From assembly GCF_001194135.2 (NCBI RefSeq), contig NC_068988.1, positions 89,680,162 through 89,728,230 of the forward strand: a DNA stretch of 48,069 nt, given 5' to 3'. Source of the stretch: Octopus bimaculoides. Taxonomy: Eukaryota. Both the position numbers and the translations under genes were made by a program. The notes below the pieces were generated by a model. The model made no database searches. It saw only the letters and a list, made by a program, of their open reading frames with translations, and had not been told where the DNA came from. Positions 36,771 through 48,069 of the stretch are shown one piece after another. Within the stretch, counting starts at the first letter, position 1. Each line of letters opens with the position of its first letter.

Positions 36771-39520
36771 AAATGTCGCACCAGTAAAAAATATCCAAAG
36801 TCTACTGGAATGCATTTCGTTTATATATGCATGCCTACACCCCCACATACACCAACACCCACACACGCACGAGCAGGAAAGTACATATGTGTGTATATAT
36901 ATATATATATGAGTATGTACGTATGCATGTATGTATGTATATATCTTGCATAAGATATTTCAATCTACTTCTCTAGAACAAATTTCAAAAACAAAACGGA
37001 AGTTTCTGATGAGCAGACATGTAGTAAAATTGGAGCACAGTGGTGTACCGAGCATATTTACAATAATAGGCGTTTGTTGTCTGAGGTAAAATTCAAACAA
37101 CATAGGAACATTTGGCTTCATTACAATAGGGTTTCTGGTTCTTATTTCCATCTATGTTTTCTTGGTATTCTGCGTTTTCAAATGTTCGCAAGCATAAATA
37201 TTGCACTGACAATGGCATAGTGAGAAATTTTTATTTTTGTGAATGTAATTTGAAAAATTGTTACTGATGATTGACAGAGTTTCAAATTGAATAATCAATG
37301 AAGGCAATCTCTGTCAGCTTTATTTTGATTTGCATGAATCATGTTTTCACTATTAAATTGGAAACTAGTTGTTATATAGAAAGGGATTACTTTCTGTGAG
37401 ATAAACAAAGCTCCGGCAACGAAAGTTAGATAACAAAAACAGAAAAATATTATGTTAAATTTATAGAAAAGGTTTAGACGTATTCACTGCTCTACGTAAT
37501 ACATATATATATACTTACACGCATCTATAAACATATGTATGTATGCTTGTATGTTTGTCTGCATACGTGTCAGTATGGGTATATTTTTGGCAAGAACACG
37601 TACATTATTTTATTGATCAGTATCCTAGGAAGCGTACAACTCACAAGAATTTACGAGCGGCTGCTGCACTATGAGTTTTCACATAGTGACAAATACACTA
37701 TATCACCAAGATCCTGCATATGCATTTACAGTATGTAGAGTCTGTAGAATGCATACCATTCTTCATTCCATAAATTCATAACTAGCTATGACATACACAC
37801 GTGCGTGTATATGTATGTATATATANNNNNNNNNNNNNNNNNNNNNNNNNNNNNNNNNNNNNNNNNNNNNNNNNNNNNNNNNNNNNNNNNNNNNNNNNNN
37901 NNNNNNNNNNNNNNNNNNNNNNNNNNNNNNNNNNNNNNNNNNNNNNNNNNNNNNNNNNNNNNNNNNNNNNNNNNNNNNNNNNNNNNNNATATATATATAT
38001 ATATATATATACATATATATTAGGCTTGCCTAAATGAATTTGAGATGTATGATAGAAAACAACGCGCATGATCACAAACGTATAATCATATTTCTCAAAG
38101 TTTGACAGATTGTTGATTGAGCAGGTATAAATGGTTGAACAACTTTATAAATTGTTGATATAGAAATATATAAGAACTTTAGGAAATGCGCGCTCATATA
38201 TATTTGGGTGGATTATGCACCAGCATGTGCATACTTACTCTCAAATAAAACATGTTTCCTATTTACTTTTAACCGATCTGTATATGACAACCAAATTTAT
38301 ATACAGCTATGTATATTAGCACGTAAAATATTTTCAACTGTTACTCTTCTCGTACTAAATTTTCCTCCCTAACGATATATTAGGAATCTTCAAATAATTT
38401 TTTGAACTGTATGTGCAAAATAATTCAATATCTTTCTATTTCAGAGAACATCGCCAAAACATGTCTTTGCATTTTAGTATTCAAGAAAAATTTTAGAGAA
38501 AAATTCGATTAAATCATTTAAGAAGGGAAATATTCCCATAACTAAAGAAATATTCAAAAATTTAAATACTGTGTTTCTGAAAAATGTGTACCGAAAATAA
38601 AAATGCACTTTAAAAATACTGAAACTCTTAATGCAAATTTGGAACTACCCAAACTTGTTTTAACAAACATCTAGCTCATTTGAACGAAAAGTCACCAATC
38701 TTTGATCCTTTTAAACTTTGAATACCCCAAAGGAAGAGATGTTTCTCGTGTTTTATTAATGTTCCTGTTCTTGTTTCTGCTACTGCTGTTGCTGTCATCT
38801 TTGTTGCTTTTGTTAGTTTAGCCAAAACGTTAAACACCAGATATTTCTCCAATTTCATACATGATTCATGGACTTCATGAACAATACTGCATTATTAACG
38901 TGCAGGAAATATTTTTTAAAACAGATATTGCTACAACAACAATAATTGTAATAACAAGAGCAAGTGATTAACATTCAACGAATAGCATAGCTAGTTGCAC
39001 AACAGTCTTACTAATATATTTTCTTTCTTTTTTCCTTCTTTCGTTTTTTCTTTCTTTCTTTCTTGTCCCACTCCAGGGTTTTGTTTTAAAATTCTATCCA
39101 TCCATTCATAATATTGACAGCTAAATTTAATTTCCATCCAATCCCAAAGATTCCAACTAATTCCTCAAAGGAAATTCCTCATTGTCTTTGGCAAAAATTG
39201 CTTTACATGATGTGAAATCGATTCATGTAAAAGGCAGCCATTACACTACAAAACGAAGGCACACAGACATACACATAAACACCATTGCATATGCCAAACT
39301 ATAAACACGTAAACGCACGGAAGAACGATTACGTATCAAAAGAAGAGAATAAATATACGGGAATGGAAACAAACATGCACGGAAAAATGTGTAAAACGAG
39401 GAAACTCTCTTTAAAGATAGACGAGAATAGAAATAATTACCATACAAACATATATGCACACATACACACGCTCCCACACACACACTCCCCTGTATATATA
39501 TGCGTATACATACACACACA

Positions 39521-39573
<53 letters not shown>

Positions 39574-40453
39574 GTATATNNNNNNNNNNNNNNNNNNNNN
39601 NNNNNNNNNNNNNNNNNNNNNNNNNNNNNNNNNNNNNNNNNNNNNNNNNNNNNNNNNNNNNNNNNNNNNNNNNNNNNNNNNNNNNNNNNNNNNNNNNNNN
39701 NNNNNNNNNNNNNNNNNNNNNNNNNNNNNNNNNNNNNNNNNNNNNNNNNNNNNNNNNNNNNNNNNNNNNNNNNNNNNNNNNNNNNNNNNNNNNNNNNNNN
39801 NNNNNNNNNNNNNNNNNNNNNNNNNNNNNNNNNNNNNNNNNNNNNNNNNNNNNNNNNNNNNNNNNNNNNNNNNNNNNNNNNNNNNNNNNNNNNNNNNNNN
39901 NNNNNNNNNNNNNNNNNNNNNNNNNNNNNNNNTATATATGTATGTGTGTATGTATGTATGTATATATATATATGATTGTTTGGACTTTGGGTATACGGTT
40001 AGGTTAGTAGTATACCAATTAAAGTACTTGCACAGTTTAGGCTATTTGGCGTCGTCCACAGTTTTGTTATAGTTGTCACTGGATTCGTCTCAGGAATTCC
40101 GCAGTCTTCATTGGGATTATAATGAATGAGGGAAATGGAGTTAGCAAGAATTTTTATTCAACATAACAATCGTTTCGACCCATCCCGCATCTATCCGTTA
40201 TGGGTGGGATATTGCACAGCTAGTTGTTTTGCATCCATCAATGGAGACTGCATCTCGTGATTTCGCTTGGCATGATATTGTTGCCAGTAGGTTGGTCTCT
40301 ATAATGACAGGGATGAATACTATTACCGGGTTATAATGGGCTTATGGCTAGGGTCCATAGTAAATATATGACATGGAGTAATATAATACGATAAAAAGAA
40401 TTAAGAGAAAATAAAGAAAGATAATATACACATGTTGACATAAACATGAGACG

Positions 40454-40511
<58 letters not shown>

Positions 40512-40799
40512 CATACATACATATTAAAAATTGACGCGGCTTAACAAAACCGTCGCAGTGAATGACATGGAAGGTTGGTTAAAAGACAACTATACGAACT
40601 AATTATAGTTCTTAAATCTGACAGAAAGACGTTGATTGGTGTGTTGGTGTAACGGCAGCACACGTGGTCACGTAAATGGGGAGGTGTGAGATCGAGTCGT
40701 ACGGGAAAACCTATGTCTTTTACGAAGGGCTTATATCGCCCATTATTAGACTATTTTCTGTAGCCATTTCATGGTGATAGCTCATAAGCTAAATCCACA

Positions 40800-40968
40800 A
40801 GTTTGTTTTATTTATTTTTTATTTTGTCTCTATTTCCTCGTATTTCATTCTGGTGAAGAACGTAGGCTCGAAACGTAAAAGACTTTCTCACTTTCCCGAG
40901 AGTCAAACTAATACACCTCATTATTGTTTATACACCTGTCTTCGTCATTTGATTTTCTGTAAATTTCA

Positions 40969-40975
<7 letters not shown>
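40800..40975 (+). mobile_element. PLE-associated terminal repeat with a degenerate minimal hammerhead motif
   Basis: CTGGTGA-agaacgtaggctc-GAAACGTA at 40850-40877 (CUGANGA...GAAA core with one substitution), then acacctgtcttcgtc...aaatt and a TA run. Confidence 0.45.
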
Positions 40976-41005
<30 letters not shown>

Positions 41006-42644
41006 AGCACCAGTTGTTCTACTTGCATTCTTGGCATCACCTATACAGCCCCTGCTTGCGGATTCTTTTGTTTTGCTGACGGCATTTTATATTTCATTGA
41101 ATGTACGCTACGCATTATATTTGCAGTGCTTTTACTGGTATTTTCTTGATGTTATGTATGTATGGAGGTAATGTTCGTGGTTTGCATATATTTTTCTGTG
41201 TAACATTTAGAAATGTTTCTCAGGATATATATGAATGAGATTTTTCACTCTTTTCAATCTATACGTCTGGCTATTTCTATTTCTAGATCTAATTATTTTG
41301 TGCTATTCCTCAATTCCTCGTAGAGACATATTGTTATATGCTGGAAATGATGTAACAGGTAGGGAATATGTTTTTCCTGCTGGTCTTTGACGAAACTAAT
41401 TTCACGATTTGCTTTAATCTTCGTGTGTATGATTTGGTGTCTAGAAGATTATGCTTCCTTTCTGATTATATACAACTGCTTTTGAAGCATGTTTGTATGA
41501 TCGGTTTTATTCTTTGAAATTATTATTATTTCCGAGTCGATCAACTTTTGCTTTTATTCTTCTGGGATCGATAAAGCAAAACACCCCCAGTATAAACAAC
41601 AGAAATCTTTGCGTATGGAGACAACGCACGCTATTACTCAACTGTAACTAATATAATTTCTGTTTCTTAGTGATTTGTGTCTCCCTAAACTATTAGCGAA
41701 TTAGGCTACAGTTTCCTTTGTAATTAAAAATAGACAATACGTAGGGATTATGATAAAATCCTTAGTAAAGTTTGGTTTTCTAGTAACATATACATCATTC
41801 GCTCAAAAACTCAGAAAGGCATCTCAACACACAAGAAAGAATGATGCCCAGAGTTTGAAAAATGATAATATTATTTAGTATAAACTCCATTGCAGGTTTT
41901 TTTAGAATTCTGAAAACTTAGAATTGATAAACTTTTGCCGACAATCCGTATCTGATTACGTGAGTTTCTTTTAGTGATATAGAACTTTACTTACACTGGC
42001 AATTTCTGAGCTAATTATTCAAGATAGTGTTTGATCTTTTCCAACAACAGTATAAGATCTTTTTTCATGCATTACGTGATCACTTTGGAGGCTGAAATCT
42101 ACACTAGCTTCAATTATTTATATATTGAGTTAGGATGGTGCTCGTACTGCTGTTTTATTCTATAATTTATATCAATAGTGGTAGGTGAATAAGATATTAC
42201 AGGGGAAATTCAAATGCTAGCATGGTATAAGTTGAATCGAATATGCAAAAAAATGGGACATGGTGATCACAAATATAAAAATCATTAACGAATCAGCAAT
42301 ATAGGAAATGATATCTATGTAAGTTACACTATCAACACATTGAGATATGGGTATAGTTTCTGATTTCTTATTCCACCAAAATCGTGTTCGTATTTTCCAA
42401 TGCTCTGACTACTAAAATGCGTTATAAACAAGATACGTATTCAGTTTAATGACAGAATTTATTATATGCCTTGCAGTTATTTATCGGCCATAAAATAAGA
42501 GAACACGTTGTTAACTCCAGTAACGAATAACTGCAAAAATGGAAGAAGCTCTGTAGTTTAAAACGAAGTATTGTCGCCACAGTTCTTCCTATTCTTCCCA
42601 AGAATGTCTTAATCAGTATGATGCGAATAATAATACTTTCCATT

Positions 42645-43735
42645 ATAGACACAAGGGCTGGGATTTTAATGAGGAAAGCTAGTAGTCGATTACATCAACC
42701 CCGCCACGAAAAGCACACTCGAACTCGACGGATTCAACTCGAATTCAAGACATAATGAGCTGGGAGAAATGCCATTATGCATTTGTTTGATGCGCTAACA
42801 ATTCAGCTAGCTTACTGCTTTATGATAACGTTAATATTAATTTCAAATTTTGGCGCAATCCCAGCAAGTTCGGGGGAGAAGGCTAGTCGGCTGCATTGAC
42901 CCTAGTGCTTACATGGTACTTATTTTATCGAATTCCGAAGGCCGAAAGGCCAAGTCAGCCTTGACAGTATTTGAACTCAGAAGATATATACGGAAGAAAT
43001 GCCGCTTAGCACTTTGCCCGGCGCGCTAACGTTTCTACCAGCTCACCGCCTTCTGATGCTATTAATATTGGATTCAAATTTTGATCCAAGGCCAACATGT
43101 TTGGGGGTACAGAGTAAGTCGATTACATTGACCCCCAGTACTCAACTGGTACTTATTTTATCGAAACCCGAAACAGTGACAGGCAAAATCGACCGCGGCG
43201 AAATTTGAAATCAGAAGGTAAAATCGGACGAAATGCCGCTAAGCATTTTCCCGGCGTGCTAACGATTCTGTCAACGTGCTTCTTCTGATGTCATTAATGT
43301 TAATAGTGATATCCGGGTAGGGAGCTGACAGATTCGTTAGCGTGATTTCATTCGTCTTTATGTTCTGGGTTCAAATACTGCCGCGGTAAATTTTACCATT
43401 CATTCTTTCAGAATCGATAAAGTTGAACAGTGGGGTCGATTTAATCAGCTTAGCCCATCCCACGAATTTGTTGCCCTCGGGTAAAAAATTAAGACCAATA
43501 TTAATTTTCAAATTAAATGGCAGAAAGCTGGCAGAATCGTCACAACGCCAGGGAAAATGTTTCGAGGTATTTCGTCCGTCTATACGTTTTGAGTTCAAAT
43601 GCTGCTGTGGTCCACTTTGCCTTGCATCCTTTCAGGTTTGATAAAATAAGAATCAGTTGAGCAGTGGGTCCATGTAATCGACTCTACCTATCCTTCAAAA
43701 TTGCTGGCCTTGTGCCAAAATTTGGAACCGATATT
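42645..43735. mobile_element. Array of five SINE family A copies: minus 42645-42822, 42840-43050, 43068-43283; plus 43318-43500, 43519-43735
   Basis: Each unit carries the core (gtcgatt.catt gacccc...gtacttatttt atcga...ggcaaa.tcgacc...ttgaactcagaa, or its reverse complement) and the head (gctaacg.ttct.ccagct). Confidence 0.85.
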
Positions 43736-44072
43736 ACTAGTCAATCTATTGCGGTTATTGTAAGTGTTATTGAAAACAAACTTATGATTTGAAAGTGAAG
43801 AACTGTTGAGACCGGACGAAATACCAGCCTATTTATTTGAGTGTCATTACAGGAGAAAATAGATTCGTACTGAATATATGTCTGTGCTTTACATCGTTTG
43901 GGTGATGAATACACGAATTAAGGTCAAGTTGTGTTCCACCTCAGAAGTGAGAACTAATAGGCATAATAATCATACTTCCTTTCGAATAGTTGATTCATTG
44001 TTTTATTCTTTTCTTAGGAATTACTCCTAAATTCTAACTCCTACCCTATCACTCTCTCTCTCCCTCTTTCCC

Positions 44073-44107
<35 letters not shown>

Positions 44108-45333
44108 TCTCTATCACACCATTTAACCTCTTCCTCTTTCAAATACCCCTCTTTCGCTTTCCCCCCTTCTATTTCCCTCACTTAGAAATTGTCATTATTC
44201 ACATAGGAAATTATTCCTTTCATATTTCCACCTGGGCATGTGGTGTGTGCGGGGTTCTATTCAGGTGCACATACGCAGAGTCTAATAATTTTTAAAGTGC
44301 ATAGTTTTTCTTGTAACTTTCTCCTGATCTTGGTTTACTAAGTTAATGCCATTTTGTGTCTTTAAAAATATTTTTTTTTTTTATTTCTAGCTAATAAATA
44401 ACTTCTAGATGGTTGTTTTCCTTGCTAAGCATAACAGCCAATCCCCGCTCAAACCACACTCTAACGTGTTGCGATAGTATGACATGCTTTAAACCCACAT
44501 CATAGTAAAACTCATAATTTCTTGTCCATCATAAGCACTACTGTAAATACGATTCATCCACAGCTGAACTTTCATTGATATTTATACTACGAAATTGTAA
44601 AATTTTCGTTGTCACATACAGTATATGTGTATTTATTTCTTCGTATGTGTTTCATTGTTTGTGAGCGTTCATTCGTGTTTGTGTGCACAAGTTTGCGTAC
44701 ATGCACAACAAAACTGAATATAACACCATTGAAAATACTCGGAGTAATAACTTCTTATTAATACACGACACGATCTGGAGATAACTCAAATTTGAAAGCT
44801 GTTTTTGGTGAATTACTCTTCGCTACCTATCGCCTAGTCTAGCATTTCACCAATGTTATTTCCTATTATTATACACGCCTGCAATTCTCTTTAAACGCAT
44901 TCGCCTTATTTTATACATATATGTTTCTATTTGTTTGTTTTAAATCTCGCAGTTGTACTGATATTTTTCCTTCGACTTTCGCTTTCTTTCTTTTCCCCAC
45001 CTGCACTTTAACACTTCCGGTTTCATTCTCACCTTTTATTCTTATATCCGGCTATTTTTTTTTTCAACTAACGCTTTGTTTCAACCACTCTATTTTTTGT
45101 TACATTTTAGTTCCGCTCCTATCTATAATTTGCATTTTTTTTCCTTCCTGTTGACGTCATTCGTTTTATACACACCACTCCGGCGCCATTCCTCGTATTT
45201 CTAATTTGCATACATTATTCTATCCTAGCTTTATATTTTGACATAGATTTTTTTCTTTATTCATTGAAGCAGTTCATTTGCTTTATTCTTTCGAAATATA
45301 CACATTTCTTTTAACAATACACCTGAAACATTA

Positions 45334-45549
45334 AGGCGGCGAGCTGGCAGAAACGTTAGCACGCCGGGCGAAATACTTAGCAGCATTTCGTCTGTCTTTA
45401 CGTTCTGAGTTCAAATTCCGCCGAGTTCAAATACGACATTCCATTTCATCATTTTGGGGTCAACAAATTAAATGTTAGTTGCGTACTGGGGTCGATCTAA
45501 TCGGCTGGCCCAAAATATTCGGGCCTGGTTCCCAGAGTAGAAAATGATG
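45334..45549 (+). mobile_element. SINE family A
   Basis: aggcggcgagctggcagaaacgttagcacgccggg... 14-bp TSD CACCTGAAAYATTA at 45320-45333 and 45550-45563 (1 mismatch). Confidence 0.92.
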
Positions 45550-45932
45550 CACCTGAAATATTACTTGTTTCACTATTATACATTTGTCTTAAGAATTATT
45601 CATTAATTTCAACTAGTAGTTGGAAAGCCTCTCTCAATTCCACTCTCTTACTCTCTATTTAACACAAACCTCGTAAACAATAACTAGATAAATATATATG
45701 TATGTATGCGTGTGCGTGTGTATACATTTTTGAAGCCGATTACATGTAGAAAAAGGCTCACCCCCACCAGATGCGAATATCTTTCAGCTTGAACAGTTGT
45801 AGAGATATTTTCCTACATTTCTTAACATGAAACCAGTGGTAGCCTTAATTCTCAAATAAAGAAATTATATCCACCACGCGGTGTTGAACACTCACTTTCT
45901 TCGTTTGACATTTACGTATGTGTATGTACATA

Positions 45933-46111
45933 TCTATGTATATATAATCCTGTGTGTGTGTGTCTGTGTGTGTGTGTGTGTTTGTGCGTGTTGTCTGTGT
46001 GTGTATTTCTTCTATGCAAGACCAAATCGCTGGATGAAACTGTACCAAATTTCACTAACCCTAGCCCTAACCCTTAGGGTTAGGGCTAGGTTTAGCCAAA
46101 TTTTGTACTAG
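45933..46111 (+). mobile_element. Possible non-autonomous Helitron/Helentron-like (DINE/HINE-type) element containing a telomeric-repeat palindrome
   Basis: A|TCTATGTATATATAA start, (TG/TCTG)n tract, accaaatcgctggatgaaactgtaccaaatttc block, long hairpin, terminal CTAG (followed by C rather than T). Confidence 0.35.
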
Positions 46112-48069
46112 CTCATTAATCCGGCTACGGTGTGCAAGTCAAAATAGACTTGTTTAGCTTTCAGTAGCCGGATCCTCTTTTAACTGTACTATCTATGTCC
46201 AATCTACAACTTAACCATTCTATAGTCAGTATAAGCTACTTCGACAAGCTGTGGACAGCTAAAATTATACTTATCTCCAGTTCTTATCATTATCCTGCCT
46301 AAGTAAGACTAGAGCCTTCTGTCGCCATTAATCCAGGTCTACTCTGGGACGTTCGGAATGTCAAGCATGTAACGATCTGCTAGCAGAAAGCGCTTAAGCA
46401 GATCTACGAGGCGCGAGTTTGCTTTCCTACCAGTCGAGCCAAAGTTATCGATGCGTGTGTCAACGATAGCGTTGTAGTCACCCAACACTACTAATGTCTT
46501 CGACGTCACGAGAAATTTGTCTAGGCGTCAATAAAAATCAGTTTGTAATCCTCTAGCACAAGATGCATAGATCCCGATCAACCTCAAGGCCTTACTGCTG
46601 TATGTCACATCAAAGACGACCAGTTCAGCTTCTGGGTGTACATAGACTGTACTTGTCCAAAGAGCCAAGCCTTTTCGGATCAGTGCAACTACGTCTCCTC
46701 GAACTCCGGTCTGGCCAGGATACGTGATTTTCTCAGCCATTCAGGAAGCTATCCAGCTTGGTATCTGTAGCAACCATCACATGCAGATCACTTGATCTGA
46801 GGTCATCGAGGAAACAGGCTTGCTACCACTTCGAGCTCAGACCACGCACATTCAAACATCCAAGGTTAAGTGCAGCCATTAAAAACAATGGGAAAAAGAG
46901 TAAGGGTTTTACTTACCCTTAACTGGTGATGTTAGGGCTGACCTCACGTCACGTGAGGCAGCGCCTTCTTTCTCCTCCTTCTTCAAATGACAGGGCAGAA
47001 CTATAATCTTCCTCATGGTCTTCGGATGCCTCTCCTTCTTTTGCCTGTATAGGGTCTCCCCTATCCAGGCACACCTCTCGTCCATACTCCTATGTTGAGG
47101 GTATATTTTGGTTGAATGACGGTTCTTGATTACTTCATCTGTGTAAATCGCTTTAGTATTGTATTCTACCAAAATTTTATCGTCTTATCCTTTTCCTGGG
47201 GTGATGGGGCGGGGTCTTTTTTGTTATTTGTGAAATGCTGCTTTTGCGTGTGGGGATGTGGGTGCGAAAGGTGCATGACTTCGTTTCCGAACTGTCGTGA
47301 AGTACCCCTCAGGCACCTCCATGGTGCTGTCTGGGGGAGTTGTGTTTTTTCTACAACAGATGCCTCAGATTTCAAGGGTGTGGGCAATTTTGTTTTTGTA
47401 GGGGCTTGTGTGTGCAGAGGTTGGGCCTTTTCCTTGTTTTGTTTGGGGGCCGGCACCGCAAAAGAGGTGGTGGGACTGTTTGTCCTTGTGGGATCGTGTA
47501 TGGGCTTGAAGTTGTTTTTTTTTTTCGGATGTAGGGCCTGGTGTCTGAACAAGTTTGTCATTTTTTCTCTTTTCTTACCTTCTCTTTTTTTTCTTTCTTC
47601 GCAGTCAATGTGGATGTGGCCCTTCCTTCCGCGCTCATAACAGGTGGGTTTATTCCTTCCACCTGTATTTGAAGGGTCACAATCCCACCAACGAGACCCT
47701 ATCTAGAAGCATTTCTATATCTTCCGGTGCTCCCTGAATTATGGCTGAAATGCTCTGTCACAACCAGTTCTGGGGAGCAGAGCATGTTATGTGCAAAAGC
47801 TTTTTTTTCTGTCCTGTTAAACGACAGGGCAGCCATCACTTCACATGGTGGCACTTCTGTCACCTTGACATGGGATGTGCGCCTCCCCAAATAGGTTGGC
47901 AGAAGCACCACCTCCTTTGTTTTCAGAGGGCTCACAGAGTACCCGTGGACCATCTCTTCTGTTGCGAACCTGACTTCAATTGCCTTTCCCCTCGTGATGT
48001 ATGCAATGTCCTTCCACATAGGGGCCAGGCATTTCTCTATTTTGTCTTATTTTAGATGTCTAAAGCGTT
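46109..48069 (-). mobile_element. L1/Tx1-clade LINE fragment: ORF1 plus the APE endonuclease part of ORF2; RT missing
   Basis: ORF2 ATG at 46879: MAALNLGCLNVRGL, LRLIGIYAS, LVVLGDYNAIVD..D, WTW, SYLGRI, YTDYRMV, GSGY*KLNKSIL. ORF1 has a degenerate zinc knuckle CYE(C>R)GRKGHIHIDC near 47610-47660 and stops at 46909. Runs off the window end. Confidence 0.9.

Noticed and set aside
40020-40330. GC-elevated segment, possibly a LINE C-terminal remnant
   Set aside because: No motif could be reconstructed confidently.
46042-46108. Ancient telomere-telomere fusion scar
   Set aside because: A fusion gives (TTAGGG)n then (CCCTAA)n. Here the order is reversed and there are only about 3 units per arm.
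17990-48069. All four LINE/PLE remnants lie on the minus strand, suggesting a plus-strand host gene
   Set aside because: Four of four is not significant, and SINE copies are split about evenly between strands.

Overview
AT-rich, microsatellite-dense eukaryotic scaffold with 11 N-gaps. The SINE families point to a coleoid cephalopod, most likely Octopus (inference). There is no intact protein-coding gene: almost all ORFs in the track are microsatellite or N-gap artefacts, and only weak candidate exons were seen. The window is mostly old transposable-element remnants: about 15 tRNA-type SINE copies in three families, a CR1/L2 LINE RT fragment, an RTE 3' end, a Penelope-like RT fragment, an L1/Tx1 ORF1+APE fragment, a Helitron RepHel fragment, a Tigger-like MITE, two mariner (DD34D-type) copies and a full-length Tc1-like element. 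Four observations stand out. (1) The Tc1-like element has DD36E spacing, about 1.27 kb length and 30-bp TIRs (Incomer-like) and is nested in the catalytic domain of a mariner. (2) An 81-bp insertion with a 14-bp target-site duplication is copied from unique sequence about 2 kb away. (3) A telomeric-repeat palindrome sits exactly where the L1/Tx1 ORF2 is cut off. (4) A five-copy SINE array forms a large inverted repeat. No convincing new multi-gene system is supported by the sequence.
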